Positions 11,732-22,199 of a stretch of 64,000 bases of DNA are shown piece by piece. A program made the position numbers and the translations under genes. This stretch comes from Tubulanus polymorphus (lineage: Eukaryota; Animalia; Nemertea), in assembly GCF_964204645.1 (NCBI RefSeq), contig NC_134026.1, positions 16,774,150 to 16,838,149 of the forward strand. Reading direction: 5' to 3'. The first letter of the stretch is position 1, and every line of letters starts with the position of its first letter. The notes below the pieces were generated by a model. It saw only the letters and a list, made by a program, of their open reading frames with translations, was not told the origin of the DNA and did no database searches.

Positions 11732-13534
11732 AAAACAATACAGTGAAGTATTCACACGCAGAAAGGCCAATTGATTTGAGCCATGTGATTAAATTTGGCC
11801 AGGCTTTCTCTGACCTGCTGACATTAATAGTCAAACCTAGATCCAAAACGTTCATATGGTCACGGCTTGTATACCAGAAATCATTGTAGGCCTGTACATT
11901 TTGCTGTTCGTAGGTTTGGTATACCGATTTCTCCATTCTTGACTGATAAATGTACGGTACAGCTGTACGCATTAGGCCTATACAATTGTTCCAATGGGAT
12001 TAGGGCCTATTGATTGGGCTTATTATTTCCTGCTTTAGAATACCGAAATAAGCCTAACGTTCATTTAAATATCCAACATCGGTGAAATTTTGATTACTGT
12101 ATACATGTACTGTAGGTTTTTCATGTTATATGAATATTTTGCAGTTCAAATGGGTATGATGCTGATTCCAATGTCAAACGCATGAAGTAAGATGGACAGT
12201 CAACACCAAGATATCTCTCTTCGACCGATGTTGCACCATAGATCTGATTCTTTCAACTCAAGCAAAGTGATTCAACACGATCGACATAACACTGGAATAG
12301 GTTTGCAGTAACAAAACGGTTCATTTCATTTAGTCCTATGTACTTTTTTTTTAGCCAATTTGAATTTGATTGTAATTGAAACTCTGGAACAAAAGACAAG
12401 TTCAAAAACACAAGTTATGCCTGATTCTCATGTTCAAATTTAATTCAAATTTATTTTATTACATCATATTTACAAAACATATCATTGGTTCATACAGTAA
12501 TAAAAATAAGGACAGAACAAATATTATTACATAATTTTCAAAAAGGCAATGAATTTCTATAACTAAATGAACATTATTTTTCTAATAACTCAGATCAAGA
12601 GTGACTCTCCCGTTTATTAGGAAACACACGCAACTAGTGGAATAGGTTTGATTTACACACATGTTGCAGGTATCAATTGTTTATCCCTATAGAATTTGTA
12701 ATCCATAAAAGCCAAAATCAACATCAGCCGGAAACCCAGACCAAATCAATTCATAATCTATTGATTGAATCTACACTACAGTATGTGTATTTATTCAAAT
12801 ATTTCATTAAAACATTAACTTCTTCTATCTATTCTAAATCAATCGTAATACGTTCTTATCTGTTAGTTCACTCAATCTATCGACTCAGCAGGTGCTTAAG
12901 ATGAGTTCTCAATAGGAAAGATCCATTTTTAAGCATGGTGATAATACGGTATCATGATGTTTGAATGCCAAAATAAATGCCTGGTCAAATAAATTAATAC
13001 TTGTTGATTGTACGTCCGCGTATGTTCGGTTTCAAAGCTGAATCATATTTGACGTTAACACAGTGTTTGCATATTAGGTTCGAATCTGTCAATGCATTTT
13101 ATTTTATGTATCGGTATTTCAATTTACTACAATTCCCATCATTCTGAATGGCTTTGCAGAAAACCCGTCATCGCTGCTTGGCAGCTATATTTTGTTTTGA
13201 TTTTTTATAAGTGATATTAATATAATAATCATCTTTCAAATGATAATAATATTCACCATCTAAAGATTTTAATTCTGTTACTAAAAGTCTGGCCCCTCTA
13301 TCATTTATATTATACCCAGATCTTTCAATTATAGGTTTGAATTTATAAATATATTCCTTATATTCTAAATTTTGTTTTACTAAATCTGGATTTTCATTTT
13401 CAGGATTTATTCTCGATTTAGTTCTTCTATCAAATTCATCTGTTGATGGGCCTTTAGAACCACCTTTATTATTATTTCCCATGTTGTCCATTTCATATTT
13501 TTCTCCACCTTCTGCCATTTACATAATAGAAAAA

Positions 13535-14460
13535 TTAAAATTTAAAATATAATATTCCTCCGATTACAATTCCTATACAAGTTATAGCGAATTTAGCATT
13601 TTCATGGGATTTATTATCATTATCAGTTTTAATTATGTCATGTTGAATATTATCAGTTTTTATATCACCGTGTGGGTGCCGTGCGGCACCATTCTCTGTA
13701 GTATTGTAATCTTTTATTTTAGAATCATTATTTAATTTAATATTCTTAGTTTTAGTTTCTGTTGATTGAATATGTTTTTTATTTTTTTCACCTTCCATTA
13801 ATTTTGGAGCAGTAATAATCTTTTTATTTATATCATTTAATCCAAATAAATTATTTATTGTTGCAGTTTTAATTAGATCATTATAACCAATTATATTTCC
13901 CATTTTTAATATTAAATCATCAGAAATAATTAATAAATTAGGGCCTAGACAATAATTTAATCTAATATGTGATTTATCTAGATAATTTTGATATCTTACA
14001 ATGTTTTCTGGAATCGATCTATTTTTATCATTATGAATGGAATCTTCAAATAAAACTTTAAATTGTTTCTGTGTATTAAATTAAGTGTTATCATTTCCAA
14101 CTATTGGTGATCTTGTTTCAACTTGCGCACCTAGAATACATATCAAATAAGTTCTAATAGATTGATTTATTCTTTGTATACCTGATTTTGTAAAAAAAAT
14201 TTAATTGATTCTGCCAATATTTCATATTAGATTTTACTTTATATATATATATGATATTCATCTCGAGTAAAAGTAACTTCATATGTATTAAATATATTTT
14301 CCATTTTAGAAATAAAAAACTGTGTTTCAGTAACATAAATTTCTAAATTAGTTAATGAATTTAAAACTAAATTTTTATATGTAATATTTTTGTTAAAATC
14401 TATTGCAGGTATATTATATTTAATTGATTTATTATATTGGAAAGCTTTTGGAAACCCCAT
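13535..14460 (-). pseudogene. Viral protein with C-terminal transmembrane anchor
   Basis: Joined frames read MGFPKAFQYN...YWQNQLNF / TKSGIQRINQSIRTYLICILGAQVETRSPIVG...RYQNYL...MGNIIGYNDLI...FAITCIGIVIGGILYFKF. Confidence 0.7.
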
Positions 14461-14477
14461 TTATATAATTAAAACAT

Positions 14478-14912
14478 TAATAATTTATTAATTCTTTTAA
14501 TAATTTATCTTGTTCTTCAACTGTAATATTACCATTTAAACTTATTATATAATCGAGTGTATTTTTTAATTTATCAATTTCTTTTATATTAGTTTTAACT
14601 TTTTTCTTTATTACTTTTTATATTTAATTTTGAACTTATACCAGTTAAAACACTTGAACTTAAACCTTACACACCAATTGATATAGCGAAAGGTGTTAAA
14701 GGACTGAATATTGCTGGAAATGTTATTACAGAACTAATTGTAACTGAACCACTGATAATAAAATAATAGATAATTTTACTTTTTAAATATTTTTTCTTTT
14801 TTATCTTTAAGTCACTTTCAAATTCTAATATTTGTTTTTCTAAATATGTTTTTAATTTAGTTTTATTTATATCATGAGGAATAATGTCAATATTATCAAC
14901 TTTATCATCCAT
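14478..14912 (-). pseudogene. Small viral two-helix membrane protein
   Basis: TAAATG start. Hydrophobic IIYYFIISGSVTISSVITF and FAISIGV*GLSSSVLTGI, with an in-frame stop at 14667. Confidence 0.6.
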
Positions 14913-14931
14913 TTATTTAGAAAAGAAATTA

Positions 14932-15343
14932 CTAATTAGTAAATTTATATGCTACAAATATAACAATAACAGTTCCACCTAAAATCCAAATTATTTCATA
15001 TTTCTGTTGTTCTTTACTTGGGGTATAATAATCTGATAATTTAGGTTTGTATAGATGTAATTTTTCTTTATTGGTTACCGCGTTATATAAACTCATTGCA
15101 TCATCAACTGATTGAAAATCTCTATGTGAAATCTTCTGATCATATAATTCTTTGTTAACCATGTAATTTTGTCTCTTTTCTCTATATTCTTCTGCTGATT
15201 TATTATATTTTTCTAATGCTAAGTCTTTTTTGTTCTGATAATGACCCATTTTTATCAATATGCTTAAATAAATAACCACCACCAGTAAATGCTAAAGCGT
15301 TAACAATTGCCGATCCTATTATAGTTATAATTACAGATGCCAT
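14932..15343 (-). pseudogene. Small viral protein with N- and C-terminal hydrophobic segments
   Basis: The likely start MASVIITIIGSAIVNALAFTGGGYLF at 15343 frameshifts into DLALEKYNK...PKLSDYYTPSKEQQKYEIIWILGGTVIVIFVAYKF. Confidence 0.7.
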
Positions 15344-15358
15344 TTATTTAACAAAAAA

Positions 15359-15581
15359 TTACGCATTTATATAGGAGGAATATATTTTTGTTTTTCCAAA
15401 TAATCAATAGTTAAATTAGATAGAGTAACTGCTAACGTTAATTTTAAAATATCATTTATATCAAATCTATCAACATTAACACTTCCCATTTTAAATAATT
15501 TTTTTAATACCAACCAACAGTTCCAACTGATAGTAAGGCTCCATTATATAATCCAGTTATTATCCACTTATTATCACTCAC
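15359..15581 (-). pseudogene. Small hydrophobic viral protein
   Basis: IYNGALLSVGTVG..LKKLFKM...FDINDILKLTLAVTLSNLTIDYLEKQKYIPP. The start appears mutated (TAAATAAGTG) and the frame is broken. Confidence 0.55.
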
Positions 15582-15596
15582 TTATTTATAAAAAAA

Positions 15597-15944
15597 TTAC
15601 TATCTTCAAAATATTTATTTATCTTAGTTATAATTATTTCAACATTTATAGTATTATTAGTTTCATTTTCATATATTTAAGTTATTATTCGTTTAATATC
15701 ATCAATAATAAAATGATAAAATCTTCATCTAATTCATAAAATCTTAAAGATTCTCTAATTAAATTAGTAATCTTTTCTACATTTAAAGTTTCTTTATCTA
15801 TTGTTTTTTCATACTCAAATGTTGTTTCATTAGAAAATGCAATATTTTTAATATGCGTAATTACATCAGTACTGTTAAATTCATTTCTTTCTCATGTTTA
15901 AAATCGAATCCAAAACATACACTCGGTCCAACAGTTATATTCAT
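15597..15944 (-). pseudogene. Hypothetical viral protein, frameshifted
   Basis: TATAAATG start at 15944 (MNITVGPSVCFGFDF). It fills the gap between neighbouring genes. Confidence 0.4.
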
Positions 15945-15961
15945 TTATATAGTGAAAAAAA

Positions 15962-16717
15962 TTACTCTCTACATCTTATAATTAATTCATAAATTATAGG
16001 AAAGTTATTCAAATCAATTAAATATCCATTATGATTTCTTACTTCTAATCTAAAATTATCAAATTGAGGAATACAAGGTTTAAAATCACATTCTGTTAAA
16101 TCATAATTTATTTGAGATCCAAATTGTTTAACATTTTTAAGCGGTAAAATATTTAGTACACTAGAACTATAAATTGTTTCTTTAGTTGCTTCGAAAGTTT
16201 TTGTAGGATCGATTAAATTGCAATAAATATAAAAGTGTGTAAAAGGTATTATATTTGAGATGCCTTCTGCGTTTCCAGTAACTGTAAGCGGTTTAATTCC
16301 TAACATTTTAGCCATTGGTTTGTTTACCGTAAATTTATGTTGTTCATTAGATATCTTTATTCTTATTTTATTAGTACTATCAATTTTATTAAATTAAATT
16401 TAAAATACAGAAGTGCCCCCGATTTTCAACCGAGCTGTTCTATTAATTTCCTGCGCTTATGATTCTAAATTATATAATCCTGGTTTTAAAAATAGATGAA
16501 ACCATTTATCTTTATTTCTCATATAAATCATAAACCCTCTATTTTCAAAAGTTTTATCCGATATATTATAAAAAGAATTACATAAACTTACATTTACTAA
16601 TCTTAAATCAACACAATTCTTAAATTCTCTATCTAATTGTACTAGTAAATTATGTGATTTATAATTTGTAAGTCTTCTTGAATCAACAAATATTCTGTAT
16701 TCTTTTAATTCTACCAT
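15962..16717 (-). pseudogene. Minor capsid protein (single jelly-roll, penton-like)
   Basis: N-terminus RIFVDSR...LVNVSLCNSFYNIS...LKPGLYN; C-terminus MLGI...FYIYCNLI...VLNILPL...FRLEVRNHNGYLIDLNNFPIIYELII. Total ~250 codons. Confidence 0.8.
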
Positions 16718-16731
16718 TTATTTTACATATT

Positions 16732-17073
16732 TTATTCGAAATCTATTTCATGGTGCCCTTTTTCATTCTTACCTTTGTATATGAAATAGAAATCTCCAGA
16801 ACATAATTCTTCTGAATCTTCACTTGATACTCTTTGAAATCTATCTGGTAAATATGTTCTGAATTTATATGTATTTCCTTTTAATCCTTCATATTCTAAG
16901 TGGATAACTAATTTACTACCATATTTGTTAGTAACTGTATCAATATTTGTAATTAGATATTTCTTATGAATTGTTAATTCTGTTAACTTTTTGAATTTAT
17001 AATCTACAGATTTTACATTTGTAGTATCTTTTATTCTATCTAAGAATTCACTGTTTACTTGTTTACTCTCCAT
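16732..17073 (-). CDS. Small viral protein, possible OB-fold ssDNA-binding protein
   Basis: Intact 113-aa ORF with FKKLTEL...KYLI...NKYG.KLVIHL...TYLPDRF. It is the first gene after the terminus. The fold assignment is inference only. Confidence 0.55.
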   Translation of the reverse strand: MESKQVNSEFLDRIKDTTNVKSVDYKFKKLTELTIHKKYLITNIDTVTNKYGSKLVIHLEYEGLKGNTYKFRTYLPDRFQRVSSEDSEELCSGDFYFIYKGKNEKGHHEIDFE

Positions 17074-17132
17074 TTTAATAACATATTTTTTATTAACATT
17101 TATTTTAGAAGTTTTTAGATTAATATCTTAAG

Positions 17133-17284
17133 AGTAATAGGGGTTTAGTTGTTCTAGATTAAAGGTTGAAAGGTTGAGTGAGTAAAAAATGAAAAATAAA
17201 TTCGAGTGTGCGAGAATTTATTTTTCATTTTTTATGACCTCGACCTTTCGACCTTTGATCTAGAACAACTAAACCCCTATTACT
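17133..17284. repeat. Terminal imperfect palindrome of the viral element (71-bp arms, 10-nt loop)
   Basis: 17133-17203 pairs with 17214-17284, with three T:G pairs and one 4-nt bubble. Loop GAGTGTGCGA. Confidence 0.95.
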
Positions 17285-17285
17285 T

Positions 17286-18035
17286 CTGTCACACCTGCTC
17301 TCCGTGCGACGTTTTGGTCCGCAATTTCGTTAATAATCGGTTTACCTACCTTTATTGCGCATCAATTTGTTCAGTGAGGAATCTGCATTCAGGAATAAAC
17401 AACAATTTTTACTCAAGTTGTTTTTGTTTTCATTTATGAGCGATAGTTTACTCAGCATCAGACTGGGTGATTGTGAGGATAACCCGTATATAAATTTTAT
17501 ACGGGTTATCCTCACAATCACCCAGTCCCTCGATTCCAGCCACTCAATATAAGGGTAATCCACGCGAACACCCGTACTCCGGGAATTCGTGTGATAACGA
17601 CCAATCGATGCTCAGACGGCCTCGGATTGGAAAATCTTAAGGTCCCGTGAGGCAGTCGGAGCCTACCATAACAATACGTGTACCTTGTTTACATCAATTT
17701 GTTCAATTAATCTATATCAAACATCAAAACTAGTTGTAAGCGAATCGACGCATGGACCCTACATGTTCATTTATTTTTTCCAGGTCTTTTACAATCAGAA
17801 CGGAACCGATTACGAGTTTGAACGTGGTTGTAGACGGGATTTATGTCGGGTGTATAGAAACGAGATCTGCCACACAGTTGGTCATCTAAAACAATGCAAG
17901 AAATGTTGCCGCTCGACCAACTGCAACTCTTATCCACTTTTCCTTGCAAAAAGTGGCAGCTCTGTGGTAACAGGTTGTACGATTATTCTAATCGCATTTG
18001 TACATGTAACATTCTCAATGATTCTCTTGTTGTGA
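17286..18035 (+). CDS. Host Ly6/uPAR (three-finger, quiver-like) GPI-anchored protein; last two exons 17286-17373 and 17784-18035
   Basis: CHTCSPC...YCASICS|gtgagg phase-0 donor matches ttttttccag|VFYN...RGC...C...C...CKKCCRSTNCN, followed by a hydrophobic tail. AATAAA at ~18070. Twelve Cys in total. Confidence 0.8.
17461..17527. repeat. Intronic palindrome with perfect 30-bp arms
   Basis: GACTGGGTGATTGTGAGGATAACCCGTATA-N7-TATACGGGTTATCCTCACAATCACCCAGTC. Confidence 0.9.
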
Positions 18036-18235
18036 GTTGCTCGATTGACATCTTACAAAACCGTTGTACAATAAATGATTTTCTGCATTAGAAGAAAAAT
18101 GTATCATTATGACGTTTGTTTCATGGTAAACAGTCCATTGTAAACATTTAAAACGCGTAACAGGGTTGATGCAGTAGCTACAGTTAAAAGTGACCTCACG
18201 TAAGCGCCGGTTGTTCCGTAGGTTAAATGAAATGC

Positions 18236-20987
18236 TTTGAGCCCACGTGGGACTTAAGTCCCAGCGGGCTATTGCGTTCAAATTTCGTCCGACCGTTCGT
18301 CCGTCCACCCGTAGACGGAATCCAGTTATTTTGGGAAGTTTTAAAGACGCTTCTGCTGTCTTGATATTTGGGTTACGCGTGTATCTTCCCAAAAAAACAT
18401 CTTCAGCCCAAAAACTGGCCCTTTCAGAATCACGATGGCTGATTGGCAGCCATTGTTGTTCGCAAAAATTCGCACTTTTTACATATTTTCTAAGTTTTTG
18501 AGGGAAATTTTGAAGACTTATCTAAAACCTTAATCGTTCAGATATATTTGAATCATAAGATAACTAGGGGTCCAGGGACACCATGCCCACTTGGGAAATG
18601 GTTTCAAATGCTCAACAATCTAACAATTTCAATATCCAACGCCCCCTGGTGACCATTTACAAAAACCAACGACCTTGAAACTCACCAAAATCATAGAACA
18701 TGTCAGCAGCTACGATTTTGTAATTGATTGTGATAGCAAAATATGCCTCGTTACCAATTTAATATGGAAATACTAAGTCATTCTACTATTCAACGCCCCC
18801 TGGTGACCATATTCAAAACCCAATGACCTCGAAACTCACCACAATCATAGAACATGTCATGAACTACAACTTTGCAATTGATCATGGTAACAAAATATGC
18901 CTAGGTACCAATATAATAAGGAAATACTAAGTTATTCTACTATTCAACGCCCCCTGGTGACCATATAGAAAAACTAATGTCCTTAAAACTCGCAACAATC
19001 ATAGATGATGTCATGAGCTACAACTTTGCAATTGATTGTGGTTACAAAATATGCATAGGTACGAATATAATAAAGAAATGCTAAGATATTTTATTATTCA
19101 ACGCCCCCTGGTGGCCATATACGAAATCCAATTACCTTGAAACTCACCACAATCATAGAACACGTTATGAGCTACAACTTTCTAATTGATTGTGGTAGCA
19201 AAATACGCTTAGGTATCAATATAATGTGGAAAAACTTTTTCCCACTTACGAATGAGTACTGGTGACACCAAGATGGCCGCCAATTGCGTCATAATTGGCT
19301 GATGAAAAATACCTGTCTGAGGTATAAAACATCCCTTTCCAAAGAATACCCATCACAAATTGCAATGAGAAATGGTAAACCAGTAGGAAGCTACAGGACT
19401 CAGAATTCGGGCAAAAATTAACATTTTTGGGCACTAAAAAGGTCATAGGACGGCCATCTTGAGTCCGATCGACCCAATTTTTGTTTCGTTGATGGGCCCT
19501 GGGGGGATTCATATATATCCGAAAGATCAAGGTAATTGATCGAAGCGTCTTCAAAATTTCCCTCAAAAAGTTCAAAAATGTGTAAAAAGTGCTGATTTTG
19601 GCGAACAACAATGGCTGCCAGTCAGCCATCTTGATTCTGACAGGGCCAGTTTTTGGGCTGAAGATGTGTCTAGGGTAGATACACGTGTAACCTAAATATC
19701 AAGACGTTACCTTGAAGCGTCTTCAAAACTTCCCAAAATAACTGGATTCCGTTTTCGGACGGACGAACGGACGGACGGACGACGGACGAAAAGTGAACGC
19801 AATAGCCCGCTGTGACTAAAGTCCCAAGTGGGCTAAAAACCCGCTATTTACAAACTAAAAGAAATCTAAAATCGAGAATTTATTAATTGAAACAATCTAA
19901 AATATAAATTAAAAGAAATCTAAAATCGTTTTATATATAAATATTTGAATCCCTCAAGGGTTCGCCAGCATGAGAAAAATTGGGGCGATCGGACTCAAGA
20001 TGGCCGTCCTTTGACCTTTTTTGCACCAAGAATGTCAATTTTGGTCCGAATTCTGAGACCTGTAGCTTGCAACTGGTTTACTCTTTTTGATGGGTATTCT
20101 TTACAAAGGAATCTATAATACCCGAGACAGGTATTTTTGATCAGCCATTTATCACGGAATTGGCGGCCATCTTGGTGTCATCAGCACTCATTCCTAGGTG
20201 AAAAAATAGTTTTTCCCACATTATATTGATACCTAATTATATTTTGTTACCACAGTCCATTGGTAATCTTGTTGTCATCATGAATATTCTTTCCTAGGTG
20301 GAAAAAGTTTTCCGCATTATATTGATACCTAAGCATATTTTGTTACCACAATAAATTAAAGTTGTAGCACTATGATTGTGGTGAGTTTCAAGGTCAGTGG
20401 TTTCTGTATATGGCCACCAGGGGGCCAGTGGTTTCTGTATATGGCCACCAGGGGGCATGAATAATACAACTTAGTATTTCTATATTATATTCATACATAG
20501 TTGTTACCACAATTAATTTCAAAGTTGTAGCTCATGACATCGTCTATGATTGTGATGACTATAAGGTCATTAGTTCCATATGGTCACCAGTGGGCGTTAA
20601 ATTGTAGAATAACTTAGTATTTCCTTCATATATTTGTACCTAGGCATAGGCCTATTATCTTACCATGATCAATTGCTAAGTTGTAGCTAATGACATGTTC
20701 TGTTAGTGTGGTGAGTTTCAATGTCATTGGGTTTTGCATATGGTCACCAGGAGGCGTTGAATAGTACAATTACTTTGTATTTTCAAATCATATTGGTACC
20801 TAGGCATATTTTGTTATCACAATCTATTAGAAAATCGTAGCTGCTGGCATGTTGTATGATTGTGGTGAGTTTCAAGGTCGTTGGTTCTTTTATATCGTCA
20901 ATAGAGGGCGTTGAATATTGAAATTGTTAGATCGTTGAGCATTTGAAACCACTTCCCAAGTGGACATGGTGTCCCTGTACCCGTAGT
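18236..20987 (+). mobile_element. HINE family 2, copy B (older, interrupted at 18555-19940)
   Basis: 5' part 18236-18554 and 3' part 19941-20987 are collinear with copy A. Confidence 0.85.
18562..19838 (-). mobile_element. HINE family 2, copy C (full length, inverted inside copy B)
   Basis: Both ends are intact, with (GGAC)n tract and ~155-bp internal repeats. Nearly identical to copy D. Confidence 0.9.
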
Positions 20988-21089
20988 TTCATTCGTTTTT
21001 TTCCTGCGTTTTAAACTAAAATGAGTTCTCAGAAAGGTCGAACTGAAAGCCCACATATGCAGGAAGACTCACAGCGAAACAAAAGCTTT

Positions 21090-21800
21090 GTTTGGATGAT
21101 GGCAAATGAGCAATATTCAACGTCATTTGAATTGGAAATTGCTTCGTTTATGAAAGAGTCTCATATGGCACTATTTCCATAATTACCAAAGTCAATGTTG
21201 TAATCACCGGTCAAGATCATCATTGGAAATTTTTTACCATTAAAGATAAAAACTCGCTTAGAGTTTATTAAGATACTTTAATATTTAAAAAGATCTGATT
21301 CTAGCGGTCGGTAGAAAATTACCAATTTTTAACACAGCCTTTTTCCGCTCGAGATTTTGTGTCTATTTCACTTATGTTTTTCTGAAGCACGTGATGTTTT
21401 AAACCGTATCACGAGGCTTCAGTTTCTTCCGGAGAGAGTTCATAATTGGAATTGTTGATGAGACAATCGATTTCTTGATATCGTTGTTGTTTCCATAAAT
21501 TTAGAAGTTTTCAAACGGCGACACACAATAGCGTCTTTGCCCAGTTGATTCGATCCTCTCCTGTAATTGTTTGGAAATTTCAGATTTGAATTTTTGAGAT
21601 TTCTTTCGTTTGAGAAGAGGTCTTTCCGTAAGTTTCCAATTTGGTTTTTCAGAATCTCGAGTTTTATGTTTTCCTGTTTTCTATAAGCATTCAGTTTCGG
21701 AGGTTTGAATATCGTGAGACGACTGACAAACAATTGAGAATTTCTCAGACCAACGTTTATTTTAAACTGGTGCGACGATAATGACGCTGATGACACTAAC
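21090..21800 (-). pseudogene. LINE fragment (ORF1 remnant plus AP endonuclease)
   Basis: Minus-strand FYRPL...MILTGDYNID APE motifs at ~21200-21320, with a coiled-coil-like ORF upstream. Confidence 0.55.
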
Positions 21801-22199
21801 AGTATTAAAGGTTAGATTACAAATATGTGGAACTTACTGAACATTTTCTCACTGGGAGCAATCATCTCACAGAAAAAGAGAATTTAGGAGTGAGAGCGAC
21901 GATGACGTGGTACGAAGTTCTCGGGAATACCCAAGCAGAAAATACTGAAATAGGGCCGCTCCGGCGGGCCGGTACAAGAGTAACTAAAGAGAAAACAGTA
22001 ACTAAAGAGAAACTAAACTATCTGAATAATATTGCAACACTAACCAATAGTAACAACTTTGAAAACACCCGTAGTTCAGTACATCGTTTAAAATATGATA
22101 CGTCTAAACGTAGTTTACCATTTCAGAAACAACTTTTCACATTTGCGAAAATCTTTCACACATATATCTCTCTGTTTAGGCAAAAAATGATACATGTTC

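Larger units (their letters stand above)
9308..13190 (+). mobile_element. Non-autonomous Helentron-type element (HINE/DINE-like)
   Basis: Left end TAGGGTTTTCTGT-N6-ACAGAAAACCCTA is a 13-bp inverted repeat. Right end has subTIR CAGAAAACCC plus hairpin GCTGC-TTG-GCAGC. Inserted in a T run with no TSD. Confidence 0.85.
8384..13518 (-). pseudogene. Viral coiled-coil protein with C-terminal hydrophobic/amphipathic helices, split by a 3.9-kb insertion
   Basis: N-terminus MAEGGEKY...YKKSKQ (13518-13194) rejoins ILAESTLS (from ~9306) when 9308-13190 is removed. C-terminus reads LKDRIKLLF..EGITILSILTA...AAALPGAIASIVGF. It lies directly upstream of the MCP. Confidence 0.75.
1..17285 (-). mobile_element. 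Endogenous Polinton-like dsDNA virus, degenerate; interrupted at ~870-1717 and 9308-13190; continues beyond the left edge
   Basis: Very AT-rich, intronless, tightly packed co-oriented genes including pPolB, major and minor capsid-like proteins and HNH. Many frameshifts and stops. Sharp right boundary at a fold-back terminus (17133-17285). Confidence 0.9.

Noticed and set aside
9328-13166. CAGAAAACCC direct repeat as a 10-bp TSD
   Set aside because: Both copies are internal Helentron subterminal repeats, and the frame is restored only by excision at the flanking T run.
1-17285. Bacteriophage or bacterial contaminant
   Set aside because: It is interrupted by host transposons, decayed, joined to spliced host exons, and the gene set is Polinton-like.
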